64,000 nt of DNA from an uncultured Acidobacteriota bacterium (GTDB taxonomy: Bacteria > Acidobacteriota > Terriglobia > UBA7540). The position numbers were made by a program, and so were the translations under genes. Below are positions 11,601 through 18,336 of the stretch, in pieces. The stretch spans positions 1,596 to 65,595 of the forward strand of contig CAVYPU010000005.1 in the NCBI GenBank assembly GCA_963770415.1, written 5' to 3'. A model generated the notes under the pieces. That model searched no databases. It was given only the letters and a program-made list of their open reading frames with translations, and was not told the origin of the DNA. Position 1 is the stretch's first letter. Each line of letters starts with the position of its first letter.

Positions 11601-12201
11601 TCGAGGTGGGGCGCGCTCCATTGACGCTGGCCGAGCGCCAACTGTCGTCCAGCCCCTTCTGATAGAAGAGATTGCCGGTTTGATTGCCGCCTGACGGCTG
11701 GGCGACGCCGGCGTTGATGGCAATCATGGTGAGGAAGTCACGCCCGTTTAGCGGCAAGGCTTGCATGAAGTGGTCTTCGACAACCTCACCCACCGTGGCG
11801 TTGTCCGTCTGCACCATCTGCGACGTGGCGGTGACCGTCACCTCCTGATTCACTTGTCCAATTTCGAGCACAAAATCCTGCCGCAGCGTGTGATCCACTT
11901 GCAGGACGAGCCCCCTGCTCGTGGCGGCCTTGAATCCGGGCGCTTCGACCGTGATGGCGTATGATCCCGGAATCAGGTTTGGGACCACAAAATCTCCTGA
12001 TTCGCCCGTGACGTAGGTGTTCGTGATGCCGGTCCCCTCATTGGCGACCGTTACCTTGGCCGTCGGCACAGAGGCTCCGGACGAATCCTGAACGTGACCC
12101 AGGATTGTCCCTTGAGCGTTCTGCGCGCGCAACGGAGTCACTGCCAATGCCAAGGAGAAAAGGAAAATCCCTGCCAGCATCTCTACTCGTCTACCTGACA
12201 T
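8602..12201 (-). CDS. TonB-dependent receptor with N-terminal carboxypeptidase-regulatory-like domain
   Basis: Intact 1199-aa ORF. It has a signal peptide 'LFSLALAVTPLRAQ', a CarboxypepD_reg block 'GTILGHVQDSSGASVPTAKVTVANEGTGITNTYVTGESGDFVVPNLIPGSYAITVEAPGFK', the plug region 'ALPLNGRDF', and an aromatic C-terminus '...QLALKYSF'. Confidence 0.92.
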   Translation of the reverse strand: MSGRRVEMLAGIFLFSLALAVTPLRAQNAQGTILGHVQDSSGASVPTAKVTVANEGTGITNTYVTGESGDFVVPNLIPGSYAITVEAPGFKAATSRGLVLQVDHTLRQDFVLEIGQVNQEVTVTATSQMVQTDNATVGEVVEDHFMQALPLNGRDFLTMIAINAGVAQPSGGNQTGNLFYQKGLDDSWRSASVNGARPTSIYFMLDGVTNTDYFFDKAIIIPAEDAIEEFKLMNGMYSAEYGMASAQVNVAIKSGTNQLHGSAYDFLRNDVFDPTNPLTTALNKQNGTSLPTKTPFKQNQFGFTLGGPVRLPMYNGKDRTFWFASYEGGRRREGTPPTSMMLPTNAELKGDFSDWPDLIYDPVTSGSVPATPDNPAGRVPFTNNSILPGEMNGIGQKLAAYFPAANVSCQMPCANFVATVTNPTTTDIVTSRLDHQLSTNDRLSGTFNLSRIIQDYPSPLPASATNVFTRARQVGLSWQHSFSANSINEAHVGYARENFHEGASTAFGPNLSAQLGFVNNTLLPAYYGIPTIFLSDGYAAPGNENNGYSEIENIFEYGDNLKLIKGKHTFTLGADIRRGQLWNADGFVADGVLNFTGSYTASDPTVARNGTAGPTAGNAFADLLLGSPLSTTAPSPIGSDLFNLRGTEWNFFFEDDYRVTPRLTLNLGLRYEFPGGPGTFHSTNNSGYTLDLKTPGMGLIWADKNFVNTVGPGSNNPEQQATYFQCCVTNSLVPGKATNFAPRIGLAWRPLPTDKFVVRAAYGLFYDRWERFEDGVYYDDNQLLTTFANPNYPQPSGFEATSPLALQSLWLPPVALNPYTSFPSPWTFRAVSHWPENKPPYSEQWSLDTQFAFSPSLLLDLGYVGARGLHEPYSQSYNEAAPPPVAGDPCNYYQDISLVPAGDPCLSDPNFVPIMARVPYKNVGAHSDADYYFFDSSYQALQARLNKRFAQGFQFMINYTWSKTLDQGSEMENFSGDFNHPQDPHHLYGDYGLSQLDQAQRLVFSYSYALPVGKGRRWSLGPANYVLGGWSHSGILTFATGLPFTVFCCNRGVDQFGDKYQQRLRADVNGDPTKNFSKSVLEWFNPNVFTTPPPGTYGNVGRDTLRAPGERQADIAFTKDTHLFGEQRTLQFRVEIFNFLSSWHTGNVFPYSRMTNSPSNCTSGASGNCLFSSLVPLNGLGELNLWTPHIIQLALKYSF

Positions 12202-12290
12202 GCTTATTCCCCCTTGCGAAGATTTACTCGGGAGCGCACACTGCCGACTCCGCCTTCCGTTCTACTGTCCACAACGTGAATCGCCCATGG

Positions 12291-12319
12291 CTTTTACTTC
12301 AAACCATGCGAGATGTCAA
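12291..12319 (-). promoter_or_regulatory. candidate sigma70-type promoter for the TBDR gene
   Basis: On the minus strand this reads TTGACA, a 17-nt spacer, then TAAAAG. It lies about 90 nt upstream of ATG 12201. This is a pattern match only. Confidence 0.35.
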
Positions 12320-12352
12320 GCCAAATGTTCGGGCGGAAAAAACCGGACAAAA

Positions 12353-12667
12353 TCACCGTCGCGCGCAAATTCTACTAGATAGAATCAAAGGCGGGATTCC
12401 ATAATTCCACCCCCAGTTCCTGCGGCACGTTGACGCAGTCTCCTGCCTCACGGACCTCGATGGGTGTCTCGTGTGGCTTCCTTCGTCGCTGTCACTTGAG
12501 GCCACTGGGGCGAAGGGACCCACGCCATAACCCTTCAGCCTGGACGCGCTGATTCCGTAGTCTGCGGTCAGCGCCTTTACAATGGCGGTAGCGCATGCTT
12601 CGGAGAGATTCAGGTTGGAATTCAACGATTCGACGGTGCCTGTATGACCAATCACCCATGCCCGCAT
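12353..12667 (-). pseudogene. remnant of an OmpA-family C-terminal (peptidoglycan-binding) domain gene
   Basis: The sequence 'NPSMRAWVIGHTGTVESLNSNLNLSEACATAIVKALTADYGISASRLKGYGVGPFAPVASSDSDEG' follows the OmpA_C consensus (..GHTD..G....N..LS.RRA..V...L......RL...G.G...P.A.N....G). The N-terminal domains are missing. GHTD has become GHTG, SERRA has become SEACA, and the closing NRRVE block is absent. Confidence 0.6.
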
Positions 12668-12698
12668 GGAAGGATTCCTACCAAAGAACAGACCGCGC

Positions 12699-13772
12699 TC
12701 ATGCGGGCTGTTGCTGCGTCAGGCAATGGAGCGTGCCGAAACCCAGCACCAGATCAACGGCATGGACGCCCACTACGATACGATCCTTGAATAATTCGCC
12801 AAGGAGTCCAAGCGCCAAGCGGTCTTTGGGATCGTTGAAAGTGGGCACCAGCACAGCATGATTGGCGATATAGAAATTTGCATAACTCGCCGGGAGCCTG
12901 TCGCCGTCGAAAAAGATCGGGTCGGGCATGGGTAGCGCGATGACCTCCGGCTTGGAACCGTCCTCAAGCCGCAGATCCTGAATGCGCTCCCAGTTTTCGT
13001 TCAGCGGGCCATAGTTGACGTCCTTGGTATTCTCCTCTTTAATGAGAACCAGGGTCTTTCTATCGACGAAACGGCAGATGTCATCGATGTGGCCGTGCGT
13101 ATCATCCCCGGTCACGCCACCGGCAAGCCAGAAGACATTTGTCGCACCGAGGTAATCGTGGAGCGCTTTTTCAAAGCCTTTTCGGTCCAGGCCAGGATTC
13201 CTGACCTGGATTTCCGGGTGCAAATAGCACTCTTCCGTCGTCAACAATGTTCCGCGCCCGTTGACTTCGATTCCACCCCCTTCGAGGACGAATTCACGGT
13301 TGCCGATCTGCGCGTCGAAGAGGCGCTTGCGAGAGGTGTCTGGCCGCAACTTCAGGCACCTGGCGATCTTTCTTCCAGTCGGAATACTTGGCCCAGGCAT
13401 TGAAATGGAAATGGACGATGGCGGTCTCCGTCCTTCTGTTCCGGTGGCGCCGGACAAATATGGGCCCGCTGTCCCGCATCCAGCCGCGATTGGTTGGGTG
13501 CCGGATGAACTCGACGCGCGTCGGGTCAGCTCCTGCGCGCTCAGGTAGCGCCGCGCGGTCTTCTCGCCGGCCGCGGAATTGACCAGCATCCTGATGCGCT
13601 CACCGGGCGAAATTTTGCGCACGATTTCGCCGTAGACCCAGCAAATCGTATCGAGCTTGTCCGGCCAGTCGGTGGGATTGTGAGGCCACGCGAGCCACGT
13701 GGCTTCGTGCGGCTCCCACTCCGCAGGCATCGAGAAGCCCATTGAAAACGGCGTGTTTTTAGAATCTTTCAT
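12699..13772 (-). pseudogene. aguA: agmatine deiminase (PAD_porph family) with two compensating frameshifts
   Basis: Motifs 'FSMPAEWEPHEATWLAWPHNPTDW', 'EGGGIEVNGRGTLLTTEEC', 'GDDTHGHIDD' and the C-terminal 'GTLHCLTQQ'. The conserved middle 'GADPTRVEFIRHPTNRGWMRDSGPIFV...AIVHFHFNAWAKYSDWKKD' is readable only in the frame of ORF 13294..13479. The frame changes are at about 13528-13544 and 13297-13330. I placed the start at ATG 13772 ('MKDSKNTPF'). Confidence 0.8.
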
Positions 13773-13887
13773 TCCGTTCCCCTCGTGCGACAGGACTCCC
13801 CCCTCACCCTCATTCCCTCCCCGTCTTAGGGTGTCGCCACGTATGCGAAACCCACCGTCAGAAGCCAAGAACGATGTATAATAACTC

Positions 13888-14181
13888 ATGCCAAAGAATG
13901 TGATCCACATCTCGGAGGCGGACGCGGCGAGTGATTTTGCCCGGCTGCTGAAACGCGTGCGCACGGGCACGGAGGTTATTATCGAAAGCGGTAAGCGGCC
14001 TGTGGCTGTCATCCATGCTGCCGAGCCGGCACGCCGCACCATCTCCGAATCCATTGCATTGGCCAAGGCGCATGCGAAAGAACTGGGTTTCGAGCCAACC
14101 ATGGACACCGATTTTGCCGCCGACGTTCAGGAAATCATTAACGGCCGCCGCAATCCTTGGAACCCGCCCCCATGGGATTGA
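13888..14181 (+). CDS. type II antitoxin, Phd/YefM-like
   Basis: 97-aa ORF 'MPKNVIHISEADAASDFARLLKRVRTGTEVIIESGKRPVAVI', a Phd/YefM-type N-terminus. Its stop overlaps the downstream PIN toxin start by 10 nt. Confidence 0.8.
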   Translation: MPKNVIHISEADAASDFARLLKRVRTGTEVIIESGKRPVAVIHAAEPARRTISESIALAKAHAKELGFEPTMDTDFAADVQEIINGRRNPWNPPPWD

Positions 14182-14585
14182 TCCTCGATTCAAGCGTTGT
14201 TATTGCCAGCGAACGGCGTGGCCAGCGCGTGTGGGATATTCTTGAACGCGTTCAAGCCCTCCAAGGGGAAACTGAAAACGCGATCTCAGCGGTCACCGTG
14301 CTTGAATTGACCCACGGGATTTATCGCGCGAAATCAGAGACGGATGCAAGACGCCGGCAAGTGTTCGTTGAAGAGCTGTGCCAAGCTGTCCCCGTCGAAC
14401 CCATAACTCTTGAAATTGCGCAACTGGCTGGAAGAATTGAAGGCGAGGAAGCAGCAAAAGGCATCGTAATCGCTCTCCCTGATCTCTTGATCGGCGCCAC
14501 CGCCCTGCACCTCGGATATTCGGTCGCCACACTGAACGTCCGCGACTTCCGCAAGATTCCGGGTCTCTCCGTGACCGAATTGTGA
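14172..14585 (+). CDS. vapC: type II toxin, PIN-domain ribonuclease VapC
   Basis: The sequence 'MGLILDSSVVIASERR...AISAVTVLELTHGIYRA...DLLIGATALHLGYSVATLNVRDFRKIPGL' carries the PIN acidic residues in D(5), E and D contexts. ATG 14172 lies inside the antitoxin 3' end. Confidence 0.85.
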   Translation: MGLILDSSVVIASERRGQRVWDILERVQALQGETENAISAVTVLELTHGIYRAKSETDARRRQVFVEELCQAVPVEPITLEIAQLAGRIEGEEAAKGIVIALPDLLIGATALHLGYSVATLNVRDFRKIPGLSVTEL

Positions 14586-14651
14586 GGCAGCACGCTTTCC
14601 CCGCTCCACCTCGCTGTGTTAGTCTAATGGACTCAATCCCTGATTTCAATG

Positions 14652-14712
14652 CGTCGTCCCCGCGGAAGCGGGGACCCACGTACGGTGGATTCCCGCATTC
14701 GCGGGAATGACG
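14652..14712. repeat. REP doublet: two ~28-nt hairpin cores in inverted orientation
   Basis: Hairpin gtccccgc-GGAA-gcggggac at 14656-14675 and hairpin attcccgc-ATTC-gcgggaat at 14689-14708. The core resembles CGTCAYYCCCGCGAAAGCGGGRATCCA, which recurs at 35650-35708, 53241-53305 and 60345-60420. Confidence 0.85.
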
Positions 14713-14765
14713 TGATTTTCGAGAGAGCGGCGCTCATTGTGTTCAAGGAAGGATTCGATTCGACC

Positions 14766-16025
14766 ATGGCTAAAGAGCAAAAGTCACATCATCGTTATCG
14801 TGAAGACATGTCGGAGATGCCCGAGTGGATGAAAAAGAAGAAGTGCCCCGACCGCGAGCGCTACCTCGCCGGACAGCGGATTCTCCCCAAGAATCTGACC
14901 GGCAAAGAGAAGCTTGCTGATATCGTGGACGAGGTGTTTCTTGCTTACAACTCGGCCCGTCTGAAAGAGGGTTGCAAGCTTTTCGTGGAAAAGATGCTCG
15001 AGCCGGACGTAACGATCGGCATGACCCTATCCGGAGCGCTTACGCCGGCCGGCCTCGGGTGCTCCTCGATCGTTCCGCTTATCAAAGCCGGATTTGTGGA
15101 CTGGATTGTCTCGACCGGCGCCAATCTGTATCACGACATGCATTTTGCCTTGAACTATCCTGTGCGTGCGGGAAATTTCAACATGGACGACACGGAACTG
15201 CGCGATAACGATATCGTGCGCGTGTACGACGTCCTGCTCGGCTACAGCGATTGCCTGATGGCCACGGATGAATTCCTGCGCAACATGCTGATTCAACCCG
15301 AATTCCAGAAGGAGATGGGCACCGCTGAACTGCACCATTTGCTGGGCAAGTATGCCGCCGAGTGGGAGCGCAAAGCGGGCCTCAAGGACGTCTCAGTGCT
15401 GGCCGCCGCCTATCGCGCCGGCGTGCCCTGCTACACCTCATCGCCCGGCGACTCAACGATTGGAATGAACGTGGCCGGCGTGGAATTGCGCGGCAACAAG
15501 CTGCGGGTGAATCCTTCGATCGACGTGAATGAGACCACCGCTTACGTTCTCGCGGCGAAACGCTCAGGAGGCAAGAGTGGCGTGGTTCTATGGGGCGGCG
15601 GCAGCCCCAAGAATTTCATGCTCCAGACGGAACCCCAGATCCAGGAGGTGCTGCGCATCAAGGAATTTGGGCAGGATTATTTCTTCCAGGTAACCGATGC
15701 GCGTCCGGACACGGGCGGACTGAGCGGAGCCACCCCCAGCGAAGCCGTAAGCTGGGGGAAAGTGGATCCCGACCGCCTGCCCGATGCGGTGGTTTGCTAC
15801 ACGGATACGACCATCGCCATGCCGATCCTCACGCACTATGCGCTCGCCAGGCACCCCCGGCGGAAATTGCGCAGGCTTTACGACCAGCGCGGCAAAATGA
15901 TGAAGGCGCTGACCAAGGAATACTTCACCCACAACAAAGTGAAAATGATCGACGGCACGGATCCTGAAATTGAGCCGACAGCCCTCTCCCCTCGGGAGAG
16001 GGCTGTCTGTCCAGGAAAAATGTAG
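14766..16025 (+). CDS. deoxyhypusine synthase (DHS) family protein, bacterial homologue
   Basis: Motifs '[12 protein letters not shown]...[23 protein letters not shown]', 'WGGGSPKNF' and '[13 protein letters not shown]', which matches the region that carries the catalytic lysine in eukaryotic DHS. ATG 14766 is preceded by AAGGAAGGA. The upstream part of ORF 14649.. is translated REP sequence. Confidence 0.85.
   Translation: MAKEQKSHHRYREDMSEMPEWMKKKKCPDRERYLAGQRILPKNLTGKEKLADIVDEVFLAYNSARLKEGCKLFVEKMLEPDVTIGMTLSGALTPAGLGCSSIVPLIKAGFVDWIVSTGANLYHDMHFALNYPVRAGNFNMDDTELRDNDIVRVYDVLLGYSDCLMATDEFLRNMLIQPEFQKEMGTAELHHLLGKYAAEWERKAGLKDVSVLAAAYRAGVPCYTSSPGDSTIGMNVAGVELRGNKLRVNPSIDVNETTAYVLAAKRSGGKSGVVLWGGGSPKNFMLQTEPQIQEVLRIKEFGQDYFFQVTDARPDTGGLSGATPSEAVSWGKVDPDRLPDAVVCYTDTTIAMPILTHYALARHPRRKLRRLYDQRGKMMKALTKEYFTHNKVKMIDGTDPEIEPTALSPRERAVCPGKM
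15977..16007. repeat. perfect 13-bp-stem hairpin inside the 3' end of the DHS-homologue CDS
   Basis: gacagccctctcc-cctcg-ggagagggctgtc. It encodes '..[10 protein letters not shown]..' and lies 16 nt before the stop codon. It is of the same 'ccctctcc/ggagaggg' type as the intergenic palindromes. Confidence 0.85.
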
Positions 16026-16103
16026 GAAATCCGGGGCAGGGCTGAAGCCCCGCCCTTTCAAAGATCCTGAATAGGACGTTTACAAAGCAACCTGCCAAAT
16101 ACT

Positions 16104-16180
16104 CCTCACCCTGACTCCCCTCCCTCTCTTCCCTCTCCCTAGGAAGAAGGAAGAGGGGAAAGGAGTGAGAGGGTGAGGGG
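16104..16180. repeat. long imperfect inverted repeat: polypyrimidine arm followed by polypurine arm
   Basis: The arm ctcctcaccctgactcccctccctctcttccctctccct is followed by aggaagaaggaagaggggaaaggagtgagagggtgagggg. The outer cctcaccct/agggtgagg segments pair perfectly. Confidence 0.7.
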
Positions 16181-16225
16181 TTCTTGTACGCCCAACGCGT
16201 TGGTCTCGGAAGTGAGGAAGGGCTC

Positions 16226-17363
16226 ATGGCTACAACCCGACAGCTTCAAGCGATCGCCGCGCAGCACGGGACGCCCGTGGTGGTGATCGATCACGAGATC
16301 ATCCGCCGCAACTACGCCAAATATAAGCGGCACCTTCCTCGAGTTCAGGCGTATTACGCTGTAAAGGCGAATCCGGCGCCGGAGATTGTGCGCACTTTGT
16401 ACGCCGCGGGCGCGAGCTTCGATGTTGCCTCACTTCCGGAGTTCATGCTGGTTTATGAAAACATAAAACACCTTCCGCCCAAGGATCAGCAGGACTTTAT
16501 CTGGGACAAGATCATTTTCGCCAATCCGACCAAACCCAAGGAGACACTCCAGGCGCTTGACCGCTACAAGCCGCTCGTTACTTACGACAACCGCAACGAA
16601 CTGCTGAAAATCAAGCAATACGCCCCCCATGCCGGCGTGGTTCTTCGCTTGCGAGTTCCCAACACCGGGTCAATGGTGGAGTTGTCGTCGAAATTCGGCT
16701 GCGACCCGGGAGAAGCGGTGGATCTCGATCTGCGCTGCTTTCGATATCGGATTGGAGGTCGAGGGACTGAGCTTTCACGTGGGCAGCCAATGCGCCAACT
16801 TCGAGAACTTCGTTCAGGCTCTTAATATTGCGGCCGCGGTTTTGCGCGAGGCGGCGACCCGCGGCCATAAAATCAAAATCCTCGACATCGGCGGCGGCTT
16901 TCCTGTCGCCTATGACCGGCATGTGAAGCCTTTCAGCCTGCTCGCCAGAATGATCAACACCGAGATCGACCGGCTGTTCCCGCAAGACATGCAGATCCTC
17001 GCGGAGCCGGGCAGATTTTTCGTGGCCACGGCCGCCACCCTCGTCGCGCGGATCATCGGCAAAGCGGTGCGCGATGGAAAGCTCTGCTACTTCATTGACG
17101 ACAGCGTCTATCACACCTTCTCCGGCATCATTTTTGACCATTGCCAATATCATCTCAAGGCGTTTAAGAAAGGCGCAACCGAAGTCTGCGCGGTCTACGG
17201 GCAGACTTGTGATGGTATGGACGTCATCTCGCAATCCGAGCAGTTGCCCGACCTCCAAATCGACGATCTGGTCTATTCGGAAAACATCGGCGCTTACAGC
17301 AATGCTTCATCGACCTGGTTCAACGGATTTCCGCCTGCAACTGTCGTTCACATCAACATGTAG
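16226..17363 (+). pseudogene. alanine-racemase-fold PLP-dependent ornithine/lysine/arginine decarboxylase with one frameshift
   Basis: Motifs 'AYYAVKANPAPEIVRTLYAAGASFDVAS' (PLP lysine), then after a frame change at about 16721-16740 'AAFDIGLEVEGLSFHVGSQ', 'LDIGGGFPV', 'AEPGRFFVA', 'CDGMDV' and 'NIGAYS'. This joins ORFs 16184..16825 and 16629..17363. Confidence 0.8.
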
Positions 17364-17420
17364 AGGACCGCGCCGCGAAGACTTGGTTCCGGCCACCCCT
17401 GCCCTCTGCGATCGTGAGGA

Positions 17421-18224
17421 ATGCCCATGTCATGCTCAAAGCTGTGCCGCTCGTGCGGAAAGCTCGTTCTGCTGGTTTCGTTGTTGTTACAGTGTGTGCT
17501 GACTTCCCCGACCCCAGTCGTCGCCCAGCCTGCCGCTCCCAGGTTCAAGGTTGTCGCCATTGCGGAAGCCGGCGGAATTCACAAGCCCTTTGTGGATGCC
17601 GCGAAACTGTGGCTCGACAAGCTCGCGGCCGCAGAGAACTTCTCCGTGGATTACATCCAGAACACGGATCGAATTGACGACCAGTTTCTTTCGCAATACC
17701 AGGTGTTCATCCAACTGAATTATCCTCCCTATATGTGGACTCCCAAGGCCGAGGCGGCGTTCATCAAGTATATTGACGGGGGCGGCGGGTGGATCGGATT
17801 CCATCATGCCACCTTGCTTGGCGAATTCGACGGATATCCAATGTGGAATTGGTTTTCACAATTCATGGGCGGAATTCGGTTCACCGCCTACATCGCGAAA
17901 TTCGCTACCGCGAAGGTCTATGTCGAGGATCCGAAACATCCGGTGATGAAAGGCGTGCCCGAATCGTTCCTGGTCGAGAATGAGGAATGGTACACCTACG
18001 ACAAGTCGCCACGGCCGAGCGTGCATGTGCTGGCCCGCGTAGACGAATCCACCTACACACCGGATAGGAACATCAAGATGGGCGATCATCCCGTCATTTG
18101 GATAAACCTGCACCACAAGAGCCGGAACATTTACATCTTCATGGGGCACCACCCGGATCTATTCCAGAACTCTGCCTTCACCACGATCTTCCGCAATTCC
18201 ATCTTTTGGGCGGCCCGCCAATGA
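17421..18224 (+). CDS. ThuA-domain (class-I glutamine-amidotransferase-like) protein, secreted
   Basis: Signal peptide, then 'FKVVAIAEAGGIH...YQVFIQLNYPP...GGGGWIGFHHATLL...EEWYTYD...GDHPVIWINLH...FMGHHPDLF'. Confidence 0.75.
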   Translation: MPMSCSKLCRSCGKLVLLVSLLLQCVLTSPTPVVAQPAAPRFKVVAIAEAGGIHKPFVDAAKLWLDKLAAAENFSVDYIQNTDRIDDQFLSQYQVFIQLNYPPYMWTPKAEAAFIKYIDGGGGWIGFHHATLLGEFDGYPMWNWFSQFMGGIRFTAYIAKFATAKVYVEDPKHPVMKGVPESFLVENEEWYTYDKSPRPSVHVLARVDESTYTPDRNIKMGDHPVIWINLHHKSRNIYIFMGHHPDLFQNSAFTTIFRNSIFWAARQ

Positions 18225-18336
18225 AGTACTATTCCCTCGTCCGCCCCGGCACTCCTAAGGCGGGCCAGGACGTTTGGCGCGCCTGGCGTCTTCCATATAC
18301 TAAAGCGTGCTGTTGAACCTGACATAGGAGACGACG

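Noticed and set aside
13773-14108. 112-codon N-terminal extension of the agmatine deiminase ORF, overlapping the antitoxin gene
   Set aside because: It has no homology. Family similarity starts right after ATG 13772 ('MKDSKNTPFSMGFSMPAEWEPH'). The extension is antisense to a well-supported Phd/YefM gene.
14649-14765. N-terminal extension of the DHS-homologue ORF ('[22 protein letters not shown]...')
   Set aside because: It is the translation of the REP doublet. A proper AAGGAAGGA + ATG lies at 14766, and homology starts there.
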